Under the pieces are notes generated by a model. That model was given only the letters and a program-made list of their open reading frames with translations. It was not told where the DNA came from and did no database searches. This document shows, in pieces, positions 27,682 through 40,119 of a stretch of 64,000 nt of DNA. The translations under genes were made by a program, and so were the position numbers. Each line of letters begins with the position of its first letter. The first letter of the stretch is position 1. The stretch comes from Octopus vulgaris (taxonomy: Eukaryota), in NCBI GenBank assembly GCA_951406725.2, contig OX597819.1, forward strand, positions 64,976,001 through 65,040,000, written 5' to 3'.

Positions 27682-27985
27682 GGAGGCGCAATGGCCCAGT
27701 GGTTAGGGTAACGGACTCGCGGTCGTAGGATCGCGGTTTCGATTCCCAGACCGGGCGTTGTGAGTGTTTATTGAGCGAAAACACCTAAAACCTCCACGAC
27801 GCTCCGGCAGGGGTGGTGATCCCTGCTGTACTCTTTCACCACTATTTCTCCCACTATTTCTTCTGTTGGCCGGCTCGCTTAGCCAGCGGGGTTGCGTCAT
27901 TCAAAGGCTAAAACAATGCGAACGCATTGTGACCAGCGATGTGTAAAAACATCTTATGGTCTGGTCGGTCACGTGATCACGTGAT
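27682..27985 (+). mobile_element. tRNA-derived SINE family C, tail type 1
   Basis: tggcccagtggttagg (box A), ggtttcgattccc (box B); ends ggtcacgtgatcacgtgat. Confidence 0.8.
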
Positions 27986-28020
27986 ATATATATATGTATG
28001 TATATATATATGTATGTAAG

Positions 28021-28084
<64 letters not shown>

Positions 28085-28123
28085 GCAACGTATAAATGTA
28101 TGTATATATGTATGTATGTATGT

Positions 28124-28600
28124 CATTATTCAGTTTTATTTCAATATTTCTTGCCAGTAAAGAACCAGTTTCTAACCTAGATCTAAAGCTCCTTCACTGG
28201 AATTTCAACATCAGCAACAGGGTATTTTGTTTGTATGTATGTTTATTTGCAGATGTGTATGTTTTGTTTTATGTAAGTCTTCTCGTGTGCATATCTAGAC
28301 ATGCTCATATATGTCTGGAAAGTTTTATAGATTTTTGTAGTTCCATTGATATATTAGATCTGTAAACTTCGAGTTAACTTTCTTGTTTCTGATTTTGAGA
28401 AACATAATTTCTCAAGATTGGAACTTAGGCAGCGTGTTACCTATTCTAGGGTATGAATAATTACATGTATAAACCTGAACCTGTAATCTGGATAGAGTAA
28501 CTTCAAATTTGTCAAGAGTTCACTGATTTTCAGCTTTATGTTTACATCCGATGGGCAGCTAATTTCCACAACCGTACACAGTTTCTCTTCTCTATCTCTA
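28124..28600 (-). mobile_element. RLE-type non-LTR retrotransposon 3' fragment within (TATG)n
   Basis: Minus strand REEKLCTVVEISCPSDVNIKLKISELLTNLKLLYPDYRFRFIHVII; 3' end aataaaactgaataatga runs into (CATA)n; (TATG)n on both sides. Confidence 0.75.
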
Positions 28601-28684
28601 GTATGTATGTATGTATGTATGTATGTATGTATGTATGTATGTATGTATGTATGTATGTATGTATGTATGTATGTATGCCGCTAA

Positions 28685-29250
28685 GTATGCGTCAATCATT
28701 CTATCACGACTACCCAAGACTGTTTCCTCACGTTTTCCCCATTCAGCTCGATCTTCCATAATGGTCCTTATCTCCTGTACACCTTCCATAGAAGTACCCT
28801 CCAGCAAGTTGTCGATACAGGTCGTCCTCCTCATTCCTCTCCTGGTTCTTCCTTTCGATTGTTGCCAGAACACTAGTTTGTTAACAATTTCTTCGGTATG
28901 TCTGATGCAGTGGCCAGCTAGCCTCATCCTTCTATGCTGTATCTTCAATGATACTTTTGGTAGTCCCTGGTATAACTTTCAAATCCCTTGGTGCATGAAC
29001 ACAAAGTACTGAAAAAGACATCGTAGCAATGATAGCTCTTGACTGGAGCGCATACCATAAAATGAGAAAAGTAAAGAATTCAAAGTTAGCAAGGATATTG
29101 AAAGTGAGGTTGTTTCTGGAAACAGTGGAGTTTGTTCTTCTATACGAGGCTGAAAGATGGGCGTTCAATAAAGCATTCCAGAAGCTCCTATACCAGGATC
29201 TTTCGAATGGCACACAATGTCTCCTGGAAGAGTCATAGAGCAAACGCTGA
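28685..29250 (-). mobile_element. RTE/RTE-X-like LINE 3' fragment with 5' inversion (junction ~28988)
   Basis: Minus strand LYQGLPKVSLKIQHRRMRLAGHCIRH...GRTRRG...MEDRAEW; plus strand ALDWSAYHKMRKV..LKVRLFLETVEFVLLYEAERW. Confidence 0.8.
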
Positions 29251-29375
29251 CTTGTGTATGCATGGCATACAATAATACACAGAAACGTAGAGTATGCTAG
29301 CAATCATACATGCATTTAAGAACGCAGACTTACATTATATGACGTATTTCAATCTATCTATCTATCTCTGTATAT

Positions 29376-29635
29376 ACCGGAGTAAGCACAAAAATATGAA
29401 ACAAGGTGGACAAAATAGCGCTTGAATACCAGAAGTAGAGTAATATGCTTTATTATTTAATATAACAACAGCTGTTACTCAGAGTTTCACGTTCCTGCTC
29501 GTCGGACAGTTTTGTTAAAATGTCTGTATGTCTGTATGTATGTATGTAAGTACCCTGTCAGATGAACGGGTACGTGAAACTCTCAGTAACAGCTTTTGTT
29601 ATATTTCTGGTAGTTTTGAATAAAGCATATTACCC
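29376..29635. mobile_element. PLE-type inverted pLTR pair with degenerate minimal hammerheads (29472-29509 minus; 29555-29592 plus)
   Basis: Plus strand CUGU-CAGAUGA-ACG-GGUA-CGU-GAAAC-UCUCA-GUA-ACAG; the minus copy has core CCGACGA. Confidence 0.6.
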
Positions 29636-29936
29636 TATGTCTGTGTATGTATATATGTGTGAGTGCGTTTGTGTGTGTGTATACAGAGAGAGAGAGAGAG
29701 AGAAGGAAAGATAAAGCGGTTTAGAGAGAAAAGTACATATGTATATATATATGTACGTGTGTGTATGTTTGTGTGCGTGTGTATACATGTATGTATATGC
29801 AAACTATCGCAAATAATAATGTTTTGCAAATCATATTTATAAAATAAAAAAAAAGATAGAATAAGGTGACGTTTCTATGTTTGCTTCTGTATGCATTTAT
29901 GTGCACGTGCTTTAGTAGCTGTACTTGTACGTGCAC

Positions 29937-29984
<48 letters not shown>

Positions 29985-29989
29985 TCATG

Positions 29990-30020
<31 letters not shown>

Positions 30021-30025
30021 ATATT

Positions 30026-30084
<59 letters not shown>

Positions 30085-30244
30085 ATATATATATATTTAT
30101 AAAGTATATTCATACATATATAGAGATAGATAGATGGCTAGAGAGATATATATAGATAGCTAAATATAGAGAGATATATATATTTAGCTATCTATATAGA
30201 TACATCTATCTATCTCTATATATGTATGAATATACTTTATAAAT

Positions 30245-30324
<80 letters not shown>

Positions 30325-30372
30325 AAGTATATTCATACATATATAGAGATAGATAGATGGCTAGAGAGATAT

Positions 30373-30460
<88 letters not shown>

Positions 30461-31166
30461 GCGCGTGTTTATTTGCTTATGCCTATTGTCAATGCTATAT
30501 CATTTGACACAAATGATGTGTTCGGCAAACACAATATGAGAACAAATTCCATCATAGCTGACAATAGATGACGCCGGAATTACCATCCGGATGTCAATAA
30601 GATATTATGGCAAACGTGGAAGCTTTTAGACAGGAAGCTTTTCCCCAATATGTCTTCGTGTCATTTCATCCTGTGTTTGTGATATGATATGTATTTACGT
30701 ACCTAAGTGTATGCATTTGTATAGTTGTATGCATGCATGTATGAGTCTATATGTGTATGTATGTAAGTTTATGTGTGTGCGCACGCACAATAGTGTCTCC
30801 GTATGTGTGTGTGTCTGTGTGTTTGTGTGTTTGAGCACGCGCTATTGTTTGTGTGTAGACATACATTCATATGTTACACGCACAAAGGCTTGCATAAATA
30901 CATCCTTATAATAATAAGAACATATGCACACACGTATATGTTGCTATGTAACTATCATTAATGTATAACACATACACAAGGGCATGCACACGCACACATA
31001 TTTATATATATACATACACACAGACACACACATACATATAGACATATATATATATATCATGCATATACACACACATATAATATATATAAATACACACACA
31101 TCTCTGTCTCTCTCTGTCTCTCTGTATCTCTCTCTCTATATATATATATATACATATATATGTATA

Positions 31167-31245
<79 letters not shown>

Positions 31246-31450
31246 GTATATATATGTATATATATATAGGAGTGAGATGTACACGCCTGTATTTCACTAC
31301 GTACATTCCTATCACAATACCAACATACACATGTGCACGTTTATAAACACATGCCGAAATGCACATACACGCACATGCACACACACACTGTATAATTATG
31401 ATATATGTTATATACATATAATATATACATATATATATATATATATATGC

Positions 31451-31498
<48 letters not shown>

Positions 31499-33998
31499 CA
31501 TATTAAATACATATATAGTTATATGTTGAAATGTTTGTACATGCGTATGTTTAATCAAGCCACATTTTACTACGAAACTTAGGCTGTCCACTGTTTCCTG
31601 GAAGCCATTTACTCCAAAATCAACAGAGATATTTTATATAATCCCGTCGAAGGTTTGAAGATCTATTCACCATTCCTACATTACAATTATGTTGTTCAAC
31701 CTGTCCACGATTTTCTTATTTGTTAACTTTTCTTTCTCATTTCCCCATCCATCGATGCCCTGTGTTCAAGGTATTGTTTTTGTTGCTCTATCTGTCGTGT
31801 CCTCTTACAATTGTTGATTGTTCTATGCATATTCGGAGATGAAATGGTTGAAATATAAGTTGTAAGGAGCGAATGCATATACATATAGGGATATTACTTC
31901 ACCTGGCTCTACATTTACGTAGCTTATATGTACACATTCATGTGCAAAGGAACGGCATCGATATATGCATGAATATAGACATATATAAGTCCATAAATAT
32001 ATATACTATGTATGTTATGTCTGTGTTTTGTATGTATGTATATATATATATATATATATAAATATATATATATACTATGTATGTTACGTCTGTGTTTTGT
32101 ATGTATGTATATATATATATATATACACATACATACAAGACACAGACATAACATACATAGTAAAATAAATACATACATGCATACATTAATATATACATAC
32201 ATACTCATATGCATACATACATATAAACATAAATATAGAGATCTCGCATAGGTACAGTGATAGCAATAATCTAGCGATGCAACTCAGTATATAAAGCGTA
32301 AAATAAAATTTCAAGAAGACAGTGATTTCGTAATCAATGTCTTTAGCACAATGATGTTTCTGTTGCAGGGTAAGGTGCTGTAAGATTAGCACTTAGTGTT
32401 AGTGCACCAACGTGTGCACAAACACAGCCGCATACCTACATACCCACACACAAACAGTAACTTACGCACATACAGACTCACACACACTCACATACAGGCA
32501 CATATATATTGTTTGGATTATTTCATTGTTGATTTTTTATAGACAATTTGCAGCTATTATTCACTTTTCGTCGTTAATAACAAACACAATGTTATTGAAC
32601 AATGTGTCAAAAATGCTGTCAGATTCGTAGAGATGTTACCTTCTTTGGATGAAATAAATCATAGTCTTCGCCGATCTCTCCACCCTGGTTTCATCCTTCC
32701 AAGGACAATATTGTCTTTTTTAGTTTCCGGAATCGTCAAAGTTTAAATCTTTGCTATCAAACTAGTCTGCCGGACATTACAATCTCGAATCCTTTGTTTA
32801 CCTAGATTCAGTGGTCTATAAGTCACTGAAATCAAAACATTCCTCCCTGAACGGAACGTTAGCCGGTTGAAAGATTATTTATTGACAGAATTGAGGATTG
32901 GAGCAACGTGAAATGGTGTTTTTGCATCAAAAGGCGAAATCAGGTGAAATACCATACGATATACGCTCCATTTCCCTATACATTCTGAGTTTATACCATG
33001 CTGTCTCAGAAAAGTCTGTGATACTTTAGTCTGAAGTAGTGAACGTCAGCATAAAACAAGTTGGAAAATCTAATGTAAACAAAATGTTCTTGTTTATTTC
33101 TACAACTGTACAAATGTACGCAATGATTGAATGGTACAGTGAAATATCAGAATAAAGAGATGGGGAAAAATAATAATATTGGTAATGATAGTGGGGAAGG
33201 TGGTGGCGGAGATAGTATTATTATTATTATATTTTTTTTTAATGAAATATGGTCCATTGTCTTTTGCTGAACCGGGGTCATCCTTTGACCCTAGGGTCAC
33301 AGCAGGTCTTCATCTCATGGATAGTACACGGACGAAAATGTGTGCGGAACCTAGCAACACTATTTTCTGAAGTTGTCTACATGAGTAGAGGTGTTGGTGT
33401 TGATGTTAGTGGTGGTAGTGTTGGTTTCTAATTCTGACTGAAAAATTTTTTCTATTTTTTTTCTGAATTGAAATGTATATTTTAAGAAGGACCGAATAAC
33501 ACTGGATTTCGCATTTCGACATTCATCACATTCATTATACTGTCAAACTGAAAGCTAATAGACATTTGTCTTATCTATATCAACATTTTCACTGACGGTG
33601 ATACAATGGAAATACAGAGATCCAAAAGAATAACAGTTTAGTAGGTGTTCATATGTCACCACCTATCAATTTTAGATGTTACTATGAATATATCGAATTA
33701 CATACTACTGTATGTTGCATTAAATAACTTGGTATTTTTGCTCAGGGATAATAACCCGACAGCTTTAACACACTGGCTAATATGCAATTGTTCAATGCGA
33801 AAGCAAGCCTGGCTACCAGCATAAATATATCAGCAAAGACATGTGATACTAGGTTGACTAATGCTGGATTGAAACGGAAACGGAAAAATAGGTATGGGCG
33901 CAGAAATGGCAGAGTGAATAATATAGTCTCTTTGAATCTATGCAGTTTCGGGTTGAAGATACCAAACAGTACGCTCTAATATAGCGAACGGGCTTTAG

Positions 33999-34210
33999 GG
34001 CGGCGAGCTGGCAGAATTGTTAGGATTCTGGACGAAATGCTTAGCGGTATTTCGTCTGCCGTTACGTTCTGAGTTCAAGTTCCGCCGAGGTCGACTTTGG
34101 CTTTTATCCTTTCGGGGCCGATTAAATAAGTACCAGTTACGCACTGAGGTCAATATAATCGACTTAATCTCTTTGTCCGTTCTTGTTTAGTACCCTGTGG
34201 ACAAGAAATA
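33999..34210 (+). mobile_element. SINE family A
   Basis: Homologous to 1349-1578. Confidence 0.88.
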
Positions 34211-34249
34211 TAAAAATATAGCCAGTGGGCTGATCAATGCCTTTTGAGT

Positions 34250-34512
34250 TAATTTGGAAAACGGAAACTGCAGGGAAACCCGTTGTATACAGAAATACGT
34301 GTGTGTGTGTGTGTGTTTGCTCCCTCTCACAATTCGACAACTGGTGTTGTTTTGTCTACGTTGAGATTGCGGTTTGGCGAAAGGAACTCATACAATAAGT
34401 GTCAGACGTAAAAAATACTACATACTGGGGTTGATGTTATTCACTAAAACTGTTAAATGCGGTGCATCAGCGTGGTTGTAATCCACTGAATGAAACAATT
34501 AAAGTAAAAGAG
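34250..34512 (+). mobile_element. degenerate SINE family B 3' portion
   Basis: acggaaactg...cgacaactggtgttg...gcggtgcatcagcgtgg. Confidence 0.6.
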
Positions 34513-34699
34513 AAAGGTTGAAATATATTCACTTATTTTTGAGTTTTTATATACAGTTGTTCTTACTGGCTGGAAAATACGATTTATGCTTTTCTCGCAA
34601 ATAATTTACTACAAAAAGAAATTAATGTTTTAAAATTAGTACTTTTCAGTGAAGAATCTACTAAAACATTACAACATTGCTGAATTGCAAAATTCTATA

Positions 34700-35600
34700 A
34701 GAATAAAATAAATATAATAGGAGAAACATTTAGTAAAAGAAAACAAACATAATGCAATATGAATTACAGAAAGTAAACTCTGCTAGGCTATGGAGCAGAT
34801 GAAGATATTATGATAAATATCAGGCAAAAAAACCGTGACAGTCATTGCACTGAATCATAAACTACTTATGATAAAGTATTGCAAAAAGACACAAATATTA
34901 CAAAACTTTACGAACAACACCTGCTCTTATTCCTGTAACAAATGAACAAACTGCAGTTGTGTAACATAATTCTCACACGGACATGAGTTTTTGAGACTGC
35001 ATGGACTTCTATGATATATCAATCATGGAGTTGCAACAAAATTCCTGACAGAATATACTGGTACCCAAAACAGAGTTATTCATTCTTTCACATTAAAACC
35101 AATAAATAATTATGGTATATTAAATTTTCATCAATATTAATTTCGTCCATGAAGTATTAGTATTATCAGAATTATAATATAAATACACCAGGAAGATTAA
35201 CATAGATGTAGTGTACCTTCATTTACAAAATTCAAGCAGTTGTAGACTCCAGCTATATCCATTCTTCTTTAAGGGTTTCAATAGTGCTTGCACTCTGGGT
35301 GTCAAAAATGAAATATTTTGGGAAGATGCATTTCAGTTGCTACGTGGATATTTGCTTTTACCGTGATTAAACAGATGTAAACTTATACCAAAAGAGGTAC
35401 CACCGTATATTACACAGCTATACACTGCATCTTCTAAGCAGAAACTTGCTAAGATGATTTTTGGCCTATTTAGCCTGTACTAAGAAGAGAGCCCAACAAG
35501 TGATTACTAAAAATTACTAAATACCGTTAGCTATGAAAGTGGCTGTATAATCATTTGTCATAACGTAGAATACTTTTCTGAAAGAACATTCCATTTGAAT
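34700..35600 (+). mobile_element. very degenerate CR1/L2-like LINE RT remnant
   Basis: NIDVVYLHLQ at ~35199-35228 (cf. VDVVYLDF) and RAQQVITK...SYE near 35490-35540; heavily broken. Confidence 0.35.
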
Positions 35601-35714
35601 GTGCTCTGAGTTATGGGTTCTGATAATGTGTTTCCTTTTTTCCTATTAATCGTAATCATTATAAATATTAAATTTCTAAATATCTCATAGAGATATGTGC
35701 GGTGGTGGAGCGAT

Positions 35715-36092
35715 AGAGTGGTTGTATACTGTCAACTTAACGTGACAGTCCCGTAAAGGGAATTACACTACCGCTATTTAGCCCTAGGAAGCATCGACGC
35801 TTCCTGTCGGTCTTGAAACATTTCCTGTGTCCTTATATATATACGAAGGGGAGACAAACACCCCAACAGCTAGGCCTGCATTTAGAGACATGCATGTTTC
35901 TGGGTCTTGCCCATCATCAGTCTAAATGCAGGCCTAATGTTGGGGGTGTTTGTCTCCCCTTTGTAAATATATAAGGACACAGGAAATGTGTCAAGGCCGA
36001 CAGGAAGCGTCGATGCTTCCTAGGGTTAAATAGCAGCGGTGTAATTCCCTTTACGGGACTGTCACGTTAAGTTGACAGTATACAACCACTCT
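35715..36092 (-). repeat. 378-bp fold-back element (172-bp inverted arms) with a hammerhead at its apex
   Basis: 35715-35886 is the reverse complement of 35921-36092, with scattered mismatches. Confidence 0.92.
35884..35923 (-). ncRNA. type I hammerhead ribozyme, canonical core, GUC site
   Basis: AGA-CUGAUGA-UGGG(CAAGA)CCCA-GAAAC-AUGCAU-GUC-UCU. Confidence 0.88.
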
Positions 36093-36917
36093 GTAATAAT
36101 TATAATTATTAGATAATCATTTGTTAGTGAGTATTTTGGGGGTTTGGCACTTACCATTTAAGTAATTAAGGTTAAATGTGCCTCTTTATCATGAAGAGAA
36201 TCACAAATTTAAATTATGCAGAAATGGTTTTCTTGCACGTGTACAACCGATATTCATGTGATATAATGTGGTGATATTTGACTTACGTTTCCTCATACTA
36301 AACTTTATATCTATACTATTCAATGTCATATTTAAACCTAGTATTTGGTACTCTGTTGAAGAGAAATTAGTTGTAGAAAATAGCGGCTGATATCAAAAGA
36401 TATACGGCTCGTGCAAGGCCTAATGAGCTAATATTCAATCCATCAAATTTTTTTTTAAATATTTAAACGAATTAATATGTTGGTTAAATGTCGGTTAAAC
36501 GACAGGAAATTTACTCAATTGAGGTTAATATATAAAAAATAATAATAATTCGAATTGTTGAATAGTTAAGATAGCTTGAATTAGTTTTCTTGCTGTTTTG
36601 ATAATTACGGAGGTAGTCAACATTTATCTTCATAGATTCTGCCGTTAATAAATTGGAATTTTCTTTCGATTTTGTTCAGAATCTACAAATTAATAAATTG
36701 AGAATTTTTGTAAATTTTTGACACGCAGATATATTTTCACATCATTAGTTCTGACGGCAGCGTTGAATCCAGGAAAATGTAGAGATTTTCATAACTGAGG
36801 CTTTCTTACAGATTTGAGTAATTCATTTAGATTAGTCAAGCATAAGGGCGAAATAATTGAAGTTACAAAGTTACATGAATATGTAATACCCAACTATTAA
36901 GATATACATATATTAAT

Positions 36918-39085
36918 GCGCATGAGTGGCCGTCTGGTAAGTAGCTTGTTTACCCAGAATGCAACACTAGTTGGTCTGGACTGCTACAGTGTGCAGATGT
37001 GAGTTTCGGCTCCGCGAACAGAAAAAAAGAACAAAAAGAAAAATTGTCAATTATGGCTCGCTATATCGAGCAAAATACTGGGTTCTCAGCACCGTAACGG
37101 TGAATTGAGAATTTTTTTGAAAATTCTTCTTGTGAATTCTAGTGGGCGTATCTCGCCAGAAAAATAAGAATAAGACATTTGGATTACCTTTTTGGAGTAT
37201 TATACAAAGGATTCCCTGTCTGTGCTATTTGTGAGATTTTTCTTTTACTTTTCCCTTCTTCTATTATTTCTTTCTTTCTAAATTTTGGTTCATTCTTTTC
37301 ATTACTTTAATTTCAGTTTCCTCCCCTCCCTTTATTTTGTTTTATTTTTAATCGGTTTAATTTTTTGGCAGACTGTCTTTTGAACTACTTTTGAACTGTT
37401 TTTTGACATGGCAGAGAAGGAACTTAAAAAGAAAAACTCTGTCTTAGAGTGGGAAATTAACCCGCCTAAGCAATGGTTAAAAGATATGGAAGAGAAGACG
37501 TTGGTACTTAGAACGTATTCTAAATTCTTAATTCCATCACCGTCTTCCCAAAACATGTCATAAAAAATGAACTTAAAAAACATTTGTCCTCTGTAAAATA
37601 TATATCCTGTGGTGTCAAACATGCAACCGTATGGTTGCTGTTTGACAACGGAAAAAAGGCTCGCCATTTAGCGAGTCAGCCTTTAGAAGGCAAAGAAATC
37701 CTGTTTCTCCCGTTATATTGTGGAAGAAAATTAATACGAGCCTGGATATGTGGGCTCCCCCCGGGAGCCGAAGCGGATTGGATTGAAGATACCATCCGAC
37801 GGGGACTGGGAGATGGCGGGCCCAGGCTCTTAAATGTAAGAGTATTGCCGACGGTCGATTGGGAAGGGTCACAAGTGATTTTGACCCTGTGGACCTCATC
37901 GGCCGCAACAGAACTGGCTGCAGGTATCCGGTAAAGTGTCACTCGTGCCTGCAGCCAAGCTACATTATAAGGAACTGCCCCCAGGACCATGGTACAGTCC
38001 TGGAACAGTCACTAGATGCCACCTCCCCTACCCGGTCAAAGGGAGAGGTGGATGTGGTCGAGGAGGCTTCAGCCTCCTCAACTCAAAAAGGATTAAAAAG
38101 GAAGTCGAGCAACAATAGTTGCCCGCCGAAGTAACCTAAGTCTTCGGAAGGCGGGGGAGAGTCTCCGGACAAAGCGGAAGAGCTCCACTCTCCCGAAGCC
38201 AGGAAGAAAAGAAAAAAAGAAGGAAGAATAACGGGTCATCTCAGCAGGGAGATGATGTGCCGACTGCATGTCCCGAAGCTGTGCCACCCACGGTTGAAGA
38301 AACCACCCCCCACCCTTAAAGATGATCAATTAATTATCTTTTTCTACAAGAGCGGGGAGGTGGAAAAATAGTAGAAGAACACAAAGAAACAGTAGATATG
38401 CCCTTCTCACGGGATCCCGAATGGCCTCCGCAGATAGCTGTGGAGGTCATAAGATTTCCCTTATGGAAAAGGCTTAAAGGATTTGGGGAGGAGTGTCGCA
38501 TATGGCCGGGTGGCCCTTACACGACTTACATTTCCTACATGAGTGAGGCATGGGAAATGGCGGGATACAGGAACTCAAGCGGCATTGAAGATAATGATGA
38601 ATATATCGAAGAGTAGGAGGTGAAGACCCTCGTTACAGGGTTTGAAACCTCATCTTATTGGATTATTTTGTAGTTGTTTATAATCTCAATTTTGTGCTTT
38701 AAGAAAAAAAAAAGAAAATACGTCAAGTAAGAGTTTTTAGTGCCTCCCCCTTGTAAGAGGTTCGAAACCTCATATTGATTTTAAAAAAAAAAAAAGAAAA
38801 TATGCTTTCGAGAAAAATCCAATCGGCGGGTGTCGGGTTTCGTCTCTCATTTATACACTATATTTCATTTTCATTCATTAATGTATTTGTCCAGCCCGCA
38901 AAGCCCTTTGTACTGTCTATATGACAAATTTATGAAATAAAGTAGCTAGTCTACCAACCACATGGTTCCGCGTTCAGTCCCACTGCATGGCACTTATGGG
39001 CAAGTGTGTTCTAATATAGCCTCAGGCCAAGCAAAGCCTTGTGAGTGGATTTGGTAGACGGAAACTGAAAGACGCCTGTCTTATA
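36918..39085 (+). mobile_element. SINE family B head split by a 2-kb insertion
   Basis: 36918-36954 and 38940-39085 join into a continuous family B 5' half. Confidence 0.85.
36955..38939 (+). mobile_element. ORF1-only (HAL1-like) L1/Tx1-type retroelement with 16-bp TSD; degenerate ORF ~37408-38616
   Basis: TSD aagtagcttgtttacc (36939-36954) / aagtagctagtctacc (38940-38955); RRM-like RAWICGLPP segment; zinc-knuckle-like CHSCLQPSYIIRNC (37937-37978); basic tail; no RT or endonuclease motifs seen. Confidence 0.65.
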
Positions 39086-39089
39086 TATT

Positions 39090-39131
<42 letters not shown>

Positions 39132-39687
39132 ATTGTATATATATATATATTTATATATATGTATATATATATGTGTGTGTATGTGTATATATATATATAT
39201 GAATATCATTATCTATATCAGTTACAGTTGCCGACTCCCCCCTCTTCTAACCATCTGTGACTATATAGATCCTATTATCTCTGAGTATTATATATATATA
39301 TGTGCATATTTATTAATACATACACACTTATCTCTATGTGTGGGTGTATGTATGTATGTGTGTGAGTACGAATGCGCAGAAGCAAATACCGATATAGACA
39401 TATACAGAAGGATATTCTGTGAGAAATACACATGGATAAAACATCCTAATGAAAACTGTAATTGGTCATACTTCACTAAATATTGACGCTTTACGGCTAT
39501 TGCATATTTACCAGAGATGAAGAAAGTAATATCAATCTGAGATGAGGATATTTATGCCATGCAATAATAATATTACGGGTTAGTCGCGCCCTTTTCCGTT
39601 TTAGACATGTTATTCTTTTCTACAAATTTGTATATATAGACAACAGCACTGCATATATAAGTACATACATACATGTATGTATGTATG

Positions 39688-39731
<44 letters not shown>

Positions 39732-39866
39732 TAGATATGTGTGCGTGTTTGTGTGTATGTGTATACACATACATATATATACACACAGATAAACATTTAC
39801 ATATATATTTATATATATACATATATAAACATTTATTCACATATATATGTATATACACTTATAAAA

Positions 39867-39904
<38 letters not shown>

Positions 39905-40065
39905 TTATATACATACATATATATACACACATATACGCAATTATCTGTGTCGGGTGCGGGGAGATGTGTCATAGACTCGACTGAAGTGCCACGAGTGAGA
40001 AGGAAGTTTGACATAAAAGCAGACAGCCAGAGACATATTGGAAAAGAAAATCAGATACGTACAAG

Positions 40066-40119
<54 letters not shown>

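Noticed and set aside
27682-27760. tRNA gene
   Set aside because: It is a tRNA-derived SINE head that continues into SINE body; the cloverleaf is incomplete
35745-35830. Twister or HDV-like ribozyme in the hairpin arms
   Set aside because: Several small hairpins are present, but I could not assign the required pseudoknots or conserved residues
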